From contig CALWPD010000001.1 in the NCBI GenBank assembly GCA_944383335.1, positions 1,901-65,900 of the forward strand: 64,000 nt of DNA, read 5' to 3'. The notes beneath the pieces were generated by a model. That model saw only the letters and a program-made list of their open reading frames with translations, was not told where the DNA came from and made no database searches. This document shows positions 47,487 through 56,458 of the stretch, in pieces. Made by a program: the position numbers and the translations under genes. This DNA comes from an uncultured Clostridia bacterium (GTDB lineage: Bacteria > Bacillota > Clostridia > Christensenellales > UBA1242). Position 1 is the first letter of the stretch. The number at the start of each line of letters is the position of its first letter.

Positions 47487-47515
47487 TTGACATTGCTAGC
47501 AAGTGGAGTTATAAT
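47487..47515 (+). promoter_or_regulatory. consensus sigma-A promoter of hsp20
   Basis: TTGACA-17 nt-TATAAT exactly. The spacer contains the 10-bp palindrome ttgctagcaa. Confidence 0.65.
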
Positions 47516-47549
47516 ATGCTTGCATTTAAAGATGCAGGAGGTAAATATT

Positions 47550-47975
47550 ATGAAAGATTTAATTTCAAGAAATAATAATTTTGATTTGTGGGATCCATTT
47601 TTGGACTTCTTTGATGTTCCATCACGTCCAAAACATGAAAGAGAATTTAATAATCTTATGAGAACAGATATCAAAGAGACCGATAATGGTTACGAACTAG
47701 AAGTTGATTTGCCGGGCTTCAAAAAAGAAGATGTTTCTGTTGATATCAACAACGGATATTTGACAATCACTGCTCAAAAGAAAACCGAACAGGAAGAACA
47801 TGGAAAACACCACTATATCCGCAAAGAGCGATACTATGGTAGCGCTCAAAGAAGTTTTTATGTTGGCGATATCAAAGAAGAAGATATAAGTGCCAAACTT
47901 GAAAATGGAACTCTATCAATCACTGTTCCAAAAGAAAAACAAGTTGAATCTAAAAAGAAAATCGAAATTAAATAA
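47550..47975 (+). CDS. small heat-shock protein (Hsp20/alpha-crystallin family)
   Basis: MRTDIKETDNGYELEVDLPGFKKEDVSVDINNGYLTITAQKK...GSAQRSFYVGD...AKLENGTLSITVPK is the classic ACD. Start at ATG 47550 (SD AGGAGG). The track ORF start (47484) lies inside the promoter. Confidence 0.9.
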   Translation: MKDLISRNNNFDLWDPFLDFFDVPSRPKHEREFNNLMRTDIKETDNGYELEVDLPGFKKEDVSVDINNGYLTITAQKKTEQEEHGKHHYIRKERYYGSAQRSFYVGDIKEEDISAKLENGTLSITVPKEKQVESKKKIEIK

Positions 47976-47990
47976 CATTTTGGTTATAAA

Positions 47991-48022
47991 AAACTCACTC
48001 AGGATTTTGAGTGAGTTTTTTG
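47991..48022 (+). terminator. intrinsic terminator after hsp20
   Basis: ctcactc-aggatttt-gagtgag followed by TTTTTT. Confidence 0.7.
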
Positions 48023-48145
48023 ATTGTTTTGTATAATTTCATATGTGTTAAAATGTACTGGGCAAATCTCAGAGATTTCTTTTTACAATTTAAATGACAA
48101 TAAGTGAGATTTCCCTCACTCAAGTGGTATCAAATGACAAAATAA

Positions 48146-49318
48146 TCAAACCCAAGGCAACAATTTAGTTGCAGAGATTATATCACAGCGTTTCGCAAAA
48201 GCGGATAGTCTTATATAACCTTCCCCAGACTCTCCAAAACCACTACCCGGAACACATACTATGCCGTATGTATATAACAAAAAATCAAAATATTCCCAAG
48301 ATGATTTTGATATAGGAATTTTTACCCAAACATATGGAGAATTATTGGATGATAAAAATTCAAAATTATTTTTTTTCAAGCAATTTTTTAATATTTTTAA
48401 ATTTTTTTTATAGTAATTGATATTTTTTTGACAAATTCTTTGACCTTCATCTGTAAGTGTAAAAAATGCCCCTTTTTGAATGTGATATGGTACACCATTA
48501 AAAAATGTACATTGATGTCTAAGCCACATTTTGTTGATTTTTATATTTTGCCTTGTTAAAGTTTTTGGTATGATGGTGTAACTGCATCTAAGATTCGTAA
48601 AACCTGCCGATTTTGAAAAACTTGATATTTCAATCGCACAATATTTTGCGTTTTTTACTTCAAAAATAGATTTCGGACTCTTATCTTCAATGAAGCTTTC
48701 GTATGCATTGTCAAATAAAATTATCGACTTAGTTCTATTTGCAAAATTCACCCAACTTAGTAGATCATCATAATTAAGCGTTGCTCCCGTTGGATTGTTT
48801 GGCGAACAAATGTATATTAAATAATTTTGATTTTCTGACAAAGTATTTGGCAACATTTTATATTGATTTTTTTTTGTAAGCGGCAAAAGTATACAATTAT
48901 TACCACGTAAATTGTTACTATCTAAATATGCTGGATATGTGGGGTTTGCTATAACTGCTGTTACATCACTAAACAAATTTAATATGTTTGTTACATCACA
49001 GCCAGCTCCATTGCTTATGAATATCTCATCTAAATCTAGTTTAATTCCACGAAGTGCATATTTTTTAGCAATAGCAGTCTTCAAAAAGTCGTAACCAGTT
49101 TCCGGCGGGTATCCTTTAAATGTTCTACTATGTATTTGCTCATCAAGTGCTTTCTTTATTTTGTCAACAAGCCTTTTGTCCATCGGGCGAGTTACATCAC
49201 CTATTCCAAGATTATATATTTTTCTTGTTGGATATTTTGCTTTAAAGTCTAACATTTTTTTGCTTATTTCAGTAAAAATATAGTTTTTTTGCAAAACATA
49301 ATTTTCATTTATTTTCAT
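48146..49318 (-). CDS. dapL: LL-diaminopimelate aminotransferase (DapL type)
   Basis: NENYVLQKNYIFTEISKK...YNLGIGDVTRP and SFSKSAGFTNLR (PLP lysine region) match the DapL pattern. Start at ATG 49318 (SD GGAG). Confidence 0.8.
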   Translation of the reverse strand: MKINENYVLQKNYIFTEISKKMLDFKAKYPTRKIYNLGIGDVTRPMDKRLVDKIKKALDEQIHSRTFKGYPPETGYDFLKTAIAKKYALRGIKLDLDEIFISNGAGCDVTNILNLFSDVTAVIANPTYPAYLDSNNLRGNNCILLPLTKKNQYKMLPNTLSENQNYLIYICSPNNPTGATLNYDDLLSWVNFANRTKSIILFDNAYESFIEDKSPKSIFEVKNAKYCAIEISSFSKSAGFTNLRCSYTIIPKTLTRQNIKINKMWLRHQCTFFNGVPYHIQKGAFFTLTDEGQRICQKNINYYKKNLKILKNCLKKNNFEFLSSNNSPYVWVKIPISKSSWEYFDFLLYTYGIVCVPGSGFGESGEGYIRLSAFAKRCDIISATKLLPWV

Positions 49319-50090
49319 AGTAAACTCCGTCAAAAACATATTGACACTCTCCGGTCATTATTATTTCATCATCTATGCAAATATCAAGTTTTCCGCCGTC
49401 TTGGCAAACAATCACATTATTTTCAACCAAACCCTCACAGTTTGCAACATAGGCACTTGCACAAGCCCCGCTTCCGCATGCCAATGTGAACCCGCTTCCC
49501 CTTTCACAAACTTTTAAAAAAATAGTGTTTTCTTTAATGGAAGCCAAATCTACATTTATGCCGTTTTGAAAACAAGGCAAATTTTGAATTTCTGTGCATA
49601 GTTTTTTGAAATCAAAACAAAAGTCTTTTACAAACACCACACAGTGTAAATTGCCTATGTCCACAACATATAATTTGAATTTTTGACCTTTAAAACTTAA
49701 AATTTTGGTATCAATAATTTTTGCACTACCCATATTTACACTAACAACGGCAATATGATTGTGTATATCTTTGATTAAACAATAAAGTAATTTTTCTCCA
49801 CTTTGTATTGATATATCAAATTTATTTAATTTTTTACACATATAATATGCAACACATCTTGTGGCATTTCCGCAGAGAGTTGCTGGGCTTGCATCGCTGT
49901 TGTAAATTCGCATTTTAATATCTGCGATCTTTGATTTTTCGAGTATAACCACTCCGTCTCCACCTACCCCATTATGACGATCGCATATCTTTCTTATTAT
50001 TTTTTTTGATAAAGCATTATTTTTTGAATTAAGGTTATCAATAAAAATATAGTCGTTGCCAACTCCATTCATTTTAAAAAATTTAATCAT
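49305..50090 (-). CDS. dapF: diaminopimelate epimerase
   Basis: FFKMNGVGNDYIFID, plus two catalytic Cys regions (GNATRCV and ACGSGACA). Confidence 0.9.
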   Translation of the reverse strand: MIKFFKMNGVGNDYIFIDNLNSKNNALSKKIIRKICDRHNGVGGDGVVILEKSKIADIKMRIYNSDASPATLCGNATRCVAYYMCKKLNKFDISIQSGEKLLYCLIKDIHNHIAVVSVNMGSAKIIDTKILSFKGQKFKLYVVDIGNLHCVVFVKDFCFDFKKLCTEIQNLPCFQNGINVDLASIKENTIFLKVCERGSGFTLACGSGACASAYVANCEGLVENNVIVCQDGGKLDICIDDEIIMTGECQYVFDGVYYENK

Positions 50091-50178
50091 AATAATATAT
50101 ATTAAAAATGTGTAAAAATGTTGAAATTTGTTATTGACTATTTTTTATATCTAAGTTAAAATCGCTAGTGGTGAATAA

Positions 50179-51171
50179 ATGTTTAATATAAGTAATAAAT
50201 ATTTAAAACATTCAGTAAATATTTTGTGCATATTGGTCGGCACTTTTATTATGGGTGCTGGCTTTAATATTTTTTATGCCCCAAACAATATTTTGCTTGG
50301 TGGATTTGGCGGTCTTTCCACAATAATTTCATATCTTTTATCGCTTGTGAATTTAACTGTACCAATGTCTGTAATATATCTTGTTTTAAATGTTTTGCTA
50401 TACATTCTTGCAGTAAAAATTTTAGGCAAAACATTTGCCATCTATGCCATTATTGGCATTGTTTCATATTCACTGTTTTTGGAGTTTTGTACTTTTCCAG
50501 TCATAAGTAAAGATCCACTACTTTGTAGTATTTATGGTGGATTCTTGACGGGACTTGGAATAGGTATAATAATAAGATGTGGTGGAACGACTGGCGGTGG
50601 AGATATGCTTGGATGCATTATTAACCACAAAAATCCAAAAATATCCATAGGCTGGGTTACAATTTTTGTGAATTGTTTTGTAATTTGCATTTCACTTTTG
50701 ATCTATGGGCTCAATCTATCACTATATTCCATAATAGGAATTTTTATCGCCGGAAGAACTGGAGACATCATAATTGAAGGTCCACGCTCAGTAAAGGCTT
50801 TTTATATCATTTCTCCAAAAGTGGATGAAATTTCCAACAAACTTTTAACCGACCTACATCGTGGAGTAACTACACTTGAAGCAAACGGAATGTATAGCCA
50901 CAAGCATATGGAAGTGATACTTTGCCTTGTTAGTCAATTTCAAATACCAAAATTAAAACAAATTGTATATGATATTGACCCTTCTGCTTTTTTGTTTTCA
51001 ATTTCTGTAAAAGAAGCGATGGGAAAAGGCTTTCACAAGTTTGAGAAACAAAAATCAATTTTAATACACAAAAAAGAAAAACAACACCTTGCCACAAATA
51101 TTTCAGAACAAAGTTACAAGACTACTCCCACAAAAGAAAACCCAATCCAAAAAATAGATGGAGAAGAATAA
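50179..51171 (+). CDS. YitT-family membrane protein (DUF2179 C-terminal domain)
   Basis: Five to six TM helices with GGTTGGGDMLG, then a soluble domain of about 90 aa. Typical YitT layout. Confidence 0.8.
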   Translation: MFNISNKYLKHSVNILCILVGTFIMGAGFNIFYAPNNILLGGFGGLSTIISYLLSLVNLTVPMSVIYLVLNVLLYILAVKILGKTFAIYAIIGIVSYSLFLEFCTFPVISKDPLLCSIYGGFLTGLGIGIIIRCGGTTGGGDMLGCIINHKNPKISIGWVTIFVNCFVICISLLIYGLNLSLYSIIGIFIAGRTGDIIIEGPRSVKAFYIISPKVDEISNKLLTDLHRGVTTLEANGMYSHKHMEVILCLVSQFQIPKLKQIVYDIDPSAFLFSISVKEAMGKGFHKFEKQKSILIHKKEKQHLATNISEQSYKTTPTKENPIQKIDGEE

Positions 51172-51218
51172 TTTGCATAAAAAAACTTTATCATGATTGA
51201 TAAAGGTTTAAAATATAA

Positions 51219-51488
51219 TTATTTAACTTTTTTTTGTGGAACAACGCAGTCCACAAGCATTACAACATCGTGCATGTTTCTTTTATATACTTCTTCAAAT
51301 GTGCTTGGATAGTCCATTTCTATATCAAACTTCTCAGCATAAGTGCAGTACACTTTTAAACTTTCTTTAGCAAACAAATATGCATCCTCAATGGTGTCGC
51401 CATCAATGGTGATGCCAAGGTCAGGAAACAAAGCGATAAATCTATCATATTCTTTATAAAACACTGCGGGGAATAAATATTGCTTCAT
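51219..51488 (-). CDS. HicB-like antitoxin-fold protein (UPF0150), orphan
   Basis: MKQYLFPAVFYKEYDRFIALFPDLGITIDGDTIEDAYLFAKESL matches the HicB N-terminal fold pattern. No HicA-like ORF is adjacent on either side. Confidence 0.65.
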   Translation of the reverse strand: MKQYLFPAVFYKEYDRFIALFPDLGITIDGDTIEDAYLFAKESLKVYCTYAEKFDIEMDYPSTFEEVYKRNMHDVVMLVDCVVPQKKVK

Positions 51489-51631
51489 TAAAATCTCCTA
51501 GTTTGCTAATTAGTTATGCCATAGGGCTTTATAGTATTATAAAACAATAATATCATATTTATTTGTATAATCAAAATATTTTGCGACAAAAATAAAAAAA
51601 GTTCAGAACACAACTGAACTTTTTTAAATAT

Positions 51632-51826
51632 TTAAAATTCAAACTCATTATCCATATTGTTTTGTTTTACAGACTCAGGATTATAACTAAATGATTTTGT
51701 TATTTTGTTGATTTGAGTTTTTTGACCATAAGCATAGAATACACTCTCAATCCCTACTGCAGGAACTGTAACTTCTCTTTTTAAATTTAATTTTGCATCA
51801 AATTCTTTTTTTGTGCTAACTTTCAT
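51632..51826 (-). CDS. small hypothetical protein (64 aa)
   Basis: Good SD (GGAGGGAATA-ATG) and followed by the terminator hairpin gttcag/ctgaac (51601..51619). No family recognised. Confidence 0.4.
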   Translation of the reverse strand: MKVSTKKEFDAKLNLKREVTVPAVGIESVFYAYGQKTQINKITKSFSYNPESVKQNNMDNEFEF

Positions 51827-51913
51827 TATTCCCTCCAATGTGGCTAATTTAATTCGTTAGTATATTAACACACTTTGGAAGGTTTGTCCATACCTATTTT
51901 TAATTTTTTTTAT

Positions 51914-52714
51914 TCATGTAGAATTTTTTGATGATTTTTTATTGGATTTTTTCGTAATATTTTTTTTAGTTGCTTCCACCGACTGCTTTAAGGCATCCAT
52001 AAGATTTATTACATTGTGTGAAGGTATAATTTTGCTTGGCTTAATTTGCTCACCTTTAATCTTCTTTTGTATTGCAGAAAATACCTTTTGACGATATTCA
52101 TCTTTATATTGCTTTGCGTCAAAGTTCTTTGTCATATTCTCTATAATCTTTTTTGCAAGTTCAACTTCGTCTTTTGTGGTGGCTATGCCACTTATATCCT
52201 TTGGTACAGATTGTATTTCATCATAAAAATGTAGTGTATACAACAGCAAGTTTCCATTTTGTTCTCTAAGTGCAACAAGTTGCTCTTTTGTTCCCAGCAC
52301 TGTTTTGGCGATTGCCACCTTGTTTTCCTGCTTCATTGCTTTTTTTAACACAACAAATGCTTTTTCGGCACTGGTTGGAATAACGTAATATGATTTATCA
52401 TAAAGAATTGGATCTATCTCACTTAAACTAACAAATTTTTCTATTAAAATGCTTTTTTGTTTTTTTGACTTTATATTTTCGAGTTCTTCATTGCTTAAAG
52501 TAACATATTTACCTTTTTGATATTCATATCCCTTGATGATGTCCTCATTTTTTATATTATTTGGACAATCTTCACACGTTTTTTTATATTTTATGCGTTG
52601 ATGATTTTTTTTGTATAAAAGATTAAAACCAATGTCATTGGGTTTAACGCATGAATACAATTCAATGGGTATGTATACCACACCAAATTCAACAGCGGTT
52701 TTATAACTTCGCAT
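51914..52714 (-). CDS. ku: Ku (non-homologous end-joining DNA-end-binding protein)
   Basis: The N-terminus SYKTAVEFGVVYIPIELYSCV, the overall length and a basic K-rich C-terminal tail match bacterial Ku. Confidence 0.85.
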   Translation of the reverse strand: MRSYKTAVEFGVVYIPIELYSCVKPNDIGFNLLYKKNHQRIKYKKTCEDCPNNIKNEDIIKGYEYQKGKYVTLSNEELENIKSKKQKSILIEKFVSLSEIDPILYDKSYYVIPTSAEKAFVVLKKAMKQENKVAIAKTVLGTKEQLVALREQNGNLLLYTLHFYDEIQSVPKDISGIATTKDEVELAKKIIENMTKNFDAKQYKDEYRQKVFSAIQKKIKGEQIKPSKIIPSHNVINLMDALKQSVEATKKNITKKSNKKSSKNST

Positions 52715-52742
52715 ATTTTTAGTATTGACAAAATAAGTTCAA

Positions 52743-54755
52743 TTATTCTGATGATAAAATCTCCCACTGCGTATTTCTGTAAACCAAATAATTTCCATCG
52801 TACAACTCTTCATATCGAGTTATTCCTTCAAGAGTTGTAATTGTTTGACTTAATTCATATTGATTGTTCTGTGAGTTTTTTTGAAGAACATATTTGTAAA
52901 CATTTGTTCCGCGATTTATATAAACATTTATATCCCCATTGGTTTGATAGTATGCTGTAACATTTTTGCCTTCTGCAATTTCAACACTATAAGAGCTTGA
53001 TATACTAGGCAAAAATATATTCTTGTTGGTATCCTTATCCCAAACTATGACCCCACGAAAATATGAAGGGGAATTTATTTTGTTATTTATATCCCTAACA
53101 ACTGCTCCAATCCTGTATGAAGAAGAATAAATTTGTTCGCCATTAAGTGTGATAGCGTCGCCAAGACCACTACCAGAACCCATTAAACTCACCATTCCAT
53201 ACATATCTATCATAAATATGGCATCGCCGTAAAAATCCGAAGAAGTTTCAACCCCCATTCCACCTACTATTGGTTCATAATATGTTACATCTGATGAGTA
53301 CTCATTTTCGTCGGTTATAGAAGAACTATCAATGGTAAATGACGCAAGTGTTCCACTTTTTGTGAGAGAGCCAATCAGTTTACATTGTTCTGAATAACTA
53401 GTGTCAAAAACAACAACGCCATTTTCTACTCTTGTGGTGGGAACTAAATATAAATAACTTATACCATCTGACGGAGTGTTTGTTGCCGAAACGTAAGAAA
53501 GGCTGGAAGTGGAAATATCTAATTCCTCCTTAGATTGTACACCATAATATAATCTACGCCTGTAATCATCCAACATTAAAATATAATAACTATTATTGAA
53601 ACAGTTGATTGTCATAGGTAATTCTTGTTGCAAAATCTCTACATTGTAGCCTTCAACACTCATAGTGTACTCTCGCACAGTAATTTCTCCAATACTTAGT
53701 TGAACATAAAAGTAATTGTATGCTTCATTTGGAATAAATGTAAAACTATCTGAAACATTAAAAGCACCAACTGCCACATCTATATTTCTGTCTTTAACTT
53801 CTTCATCGTTAAGATAAATCCGCATTCGAGCGTAAGTAACATCTGCAGTTTCAACTTTTCCAATAATTTGATAACTTATAGTTACCTTTCCAGAAGTATC
53901 ACAAATAAATTGGCACTTTGGAGTTTTATAAGTATATCCACTACTTTGATATACTTTTGCGCTTATTTGTTCTTTTTTAAAGACCAAACTGCTTACCGTT
54001 CCCGAACTTCCAGAGCCCGAACCCGATTCATTTTCAAGCGTTGTTATTCGTGCACTTAGTGCGGTATCAGCGCTTTGTAAATCAACTATTGATGATGAAA
54101 TAGTGGAAATTGATTCATTTATACCTGAAACATCACTTTCTAGTTCCGAAATATCTTGAGTAACCCCTGTCAATGTGGACAGTGTTGAGTTTATTTCCAA
54201 AACATCGTTTTGCAAATCTTCAACCTCTTGGTTTATGCCAGAAAGGTTAGTTAGCGTTGAGTTGATATCAGCGATATCTGCATTGATTTCAGATATATCT
54301 TGTGTTGACGCATTAAGTGTGGTGTTTATGGAAGATATATCATCTTGCAAATCTTCAATGTCTTGAGATGTGCTTTGTATAGTACTCGTCAATGTTGTAA
54401 GCGTTTGATTTATAGTGGATATGGTTTGTTGAATCTCAGTTATATCTTGAGGTGTATCAGACAACAATGAAAGTGTGGAATTTATTGCTACAATATCTTC
54501 ATTTATGCTATCAACCGTACTACAAAGTGTTTCATAGTTGCTTAGGTGAGAATTAAAGGTATTAGTATGTGTTTGATAGTCATTTAAGTGCTGATTTAGT
54601 TGCGTTTGATATGTAGAAAAAAGTGTCTTGATTTCTTCAAGACACGTTTTTAGTCCAGTCATATATCCTTGTGTGGTTACTTGATTTGAAAGCGACTTTA
54701 TTCGCTTTTCTAATTCTTCAATTTGTGTTTTTAATTGGGCAAGTGTTGTGTCCAT
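52743..54755 (-). CDS. coiled-coil repeat protein with Gly/Ser linker and beta-rich C-terminal domain (fibre/adhesin-like)
   Basis: Start at ATG 54755 (SD AAGGAG). The N-terminal 270 aa contain 21-24-aa repeats (QDIxxLxxDIxxINxTLxxLT). These are followed by a GSGSGSSG linker and a Y/S/T-rich domain of about 400 aa. Confidence 0.55.
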   Translation of the reverse strand: MDTTLAQLKTQIEELEKRIKSLSNQVTTQGYMTGLKTCLEEIKTLFSTYQTQLNQHLNDYQTHTNTFNSHLSNYETLCSTVDSINEDIVAINSTLSLLSDTPQDITEIQQTISTINQTLTTLTSTIQSTSQDIEDLQDDISSINTTLNASTQDISEINADIADINSTLTNLSGINQEVEDLQNDVLEINSTLSTLTGVTQDISELESDVSGINESISTISSSIVDLQSADTALSARITTLENESGSGSGSSGTVSSLVFKKEQISAKVYQSSGYTYKTPKCQFICDTSGKVTISYQIIGKVETADVTYARMRIYLNDEEVKDRNIDVAVGAFNVSDSFTFIPNEAYNYFYVQLSIGEITVREYTMSVEGYNVEILQQELPMTINCFNNSYYILMLDDYRRRLYYGVQSKEELDISTSSLSYVSATNTPSDGISYLYLVPTTRVENGVVVFDTSYSEQCKLIGSLTKSGTLASFTIDSSSITDENEYSSDVTYYEPIVGGMGVETSSDFYGDAIFMIDMYGMVSLMGSGSGLGDAITLNGEQIYSSSYRIGAVVRDINNKINSPSYFRGVIVWDKDTNKNIFLPSISSSYSVEIAEGKNVTAYYQTNGDINVYINRGTNVYKYVLQKNSQNNQYELSQTITTLEGITRYEELYDGNYLVYRNTQWEILSSE

Positions 54756-54838
54756 AATAACTCCTTTTTCACCCAATTTTAAGTTGCACAAGAAAAGTTT
54801 TCAATCATTTATGACAAAAAATGTTTTTCTAATAAACT

Positions 54839-55912
54839 TTATAAGACCTTTTCTATTTCTCCGCCGCCTAGGCACACTTCGCCATCATATAAAACAACAT
54901 ATTGTCCTGGAGTAACAGCACGCTGAGGTTCATAAAAATTAACTTCAATATGGTCGTCCACAATTTTGACATGCACCTTTTGGTCAGGTTGACGATATCT
55001 AAACTTTGCATAGCAATCAAACTCATCTTGTGTTGGTCTTTGTGGAATAAAATTGAATTTTCCACTTACAAGACCATTTGAAAAAAGTTCTTTGCTATTT
55101 CCTTGCGAAACATACAAAATATTTTTTTTGACATCTTTTTTGATAACAAACCACCTTTTGCCATTTCCATCACTTTTTCCACCTATACCAAGCCCACGCC
55201 TTTGACCAAGTGTGTAATACATCACACCATCATGCTTTCCTACAACTTTGCCATCAAGAGTCATAATATCACCTTTTTGGGCTGGAATAAAGTTTTTTAG
55301 AAATTTACGGAAGTTACGTTCTCCAATAAAACAAATGCCAGTACTATCCTTTTTGTGCGCATTACTTAGGTTAAGCTTCTCGGCAATGCTTCTCACCGTT
55401 GGTTTGTCAATATCTGCAAGTGGAAACAATACGCTCTTCAACTGCTGTTGATTTAGTTGGTTCAAAAAATATGATTGGTCTTTGTTTTTATCAAAGGCTT
55501 TTAATAAATAACACTTACCATCTTTTTCTAATTTTTTGGCATAGTGGCCTGTAGCAATATAGTCCGCACCAATCTTTTTTGCAAAGTCCAAAAATGGACC
55601 AAACTTGACTTCACGATTACAAAGTACATCCGGATTTGGAGTGTTGCCTTTTTTATACTGCTCCAAAAAATATGTGAAAACTTTGTCATAATACTCTTTT
55701 GAATAGTTGACAGTATAATAAGGTATACCAATTTTTGTGCATACCCTTTTCACATCCTCATAATCTTCTTTTGCGGTGCAAACTCCGGTTTCGTCATCTT
55801 CCTCCCAATTCACCATAAAAAGTCCGATGACATTGTATCCTTGTTTTTTTAAAAGATAAGCACTTACCGCAGAATCTACACCTCCGCTAATTCCAACAAC
55901 AACTGTAATCAT
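54839..55912 (-). CDS. mnmA: tRNA-specific 2-thiouridylase
   Basis: VVVGISGGVDSAV PP-loop, a CTAKEDYEDV region and GHYA. Confidence 0.95.
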   Translation of the reverse strand: MITVVVGISGGVDSAVSAYLLKKQGYNVIGLFMVNWEEDDETGVCTAKEDYEDVKRVCTKIGIPYYTVNYSKEYYDKVFTYFLEQYKKGNTPNPDVLCNREVKFGPFLDFAKKIGADYIATGHYAKKLEKDGKCYLLKAFDKNKDQSYFLNQLNQQQLKSVLFPLADIDKPTVRSIAEKLNLSNAHKKDSTGICFIGERNFRKFLKNFIPAQKGDIMTLDGKVVGKHDGVMYYTLGQRRGLGIGGKSDGNGKRWFVIKKDVKKNILYVSQGNSKELFSNGLVSGKFNFIPQRPTQDEFDCYAKFRYRQPDQKVHVKIVDDHIEVNFYEPQRAVTPGQYVVLYDGEVCLGGGEIEKVL

Positions 55913-56004
55913 ATGCTAAAATTATAAACAAAAAACACCACAATGTGAAGTGTTTTTTATGATATTTAATTTATTATTCTTAAGTAAGGATAATATTTTA
56001 TGTT

Positions 56005-56457
56005 TTAAAGTTCAATAGAAACCGGTACTTTAAATTTTTTTATACAAATATTAAAGATATCAAAAAGCCACATAATCCCATTTGCACCCACAATTATATA
56101 TATAAAAGTACTTATGCTAACAGGAATTAATCCATTCATACTCAAAATTCCAGCAACAATGAAAATAATTCCAAAAACCAACATGACAATCCCTTTTTTT
56201 AATCTGCCAACATAAAAGAGATGGCCACCCCACAATCCTAAAAAAATACACATTAGCAAAATTTTGTATCGTTTTAAATCGTTTGGCAAAATACTTGTGT
56301 ATACCACTCTATTTTTTTTTCCGGCACGAAGCATTTTTTTACCTGCCCTATTGGTTGCCCATTTAAGTCGTTCAAAAATGAGCCCACAATATGAGCATTT
56401 AACAGCATTTTTTAGGCTTTTTTCACCACATCGTGGGCATTTTTTATAATTCAACAT
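56005..56457 (-). CDS. zinc-ribbon + TM2-domain membrane protein
   Basis: CPRCG...CSYCG at the N-terminus. GLWGGHLFYVGRLKKGIVMLV is a TM2-domain motif. Confidence 0.7.
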   Translation of the reverse strand: MLNYKKCPRCGEKSLKNAVKCSYCGLIFERLKWATNRAGKKMLRAGKKNRVVYTSILPNDLKRYKILLMCIFLGLWGGHLFYVGRLKKGIVMLVFGIIFIVAGILSMNGLIPVSISTFIYIIVGANGIMWLFDIFNICIKKFKVPVSIEL

Positions 56458-56458
56458 C

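Noticed and set aside
47484-47549. N-terminal 22-aa extension of Hsp20 in the ORF track (start 47484)
   Set aside because: The proposed TTG start lies inside the -35/-10 promoter. A strong SD (AGGAGG) precedes ATG 47550.
51219-54791. Prophage remnant hypothesis for the HicB / Ku / fibre-like protein region
   Set aside because: No integrase, terminase, capsid, tail-tube or lysis genes are present. The flanking genes (YitT-family, mnmA) are housekeeping, and no att-like repeats were seen. Only the fibre-like architecture is suggestive.
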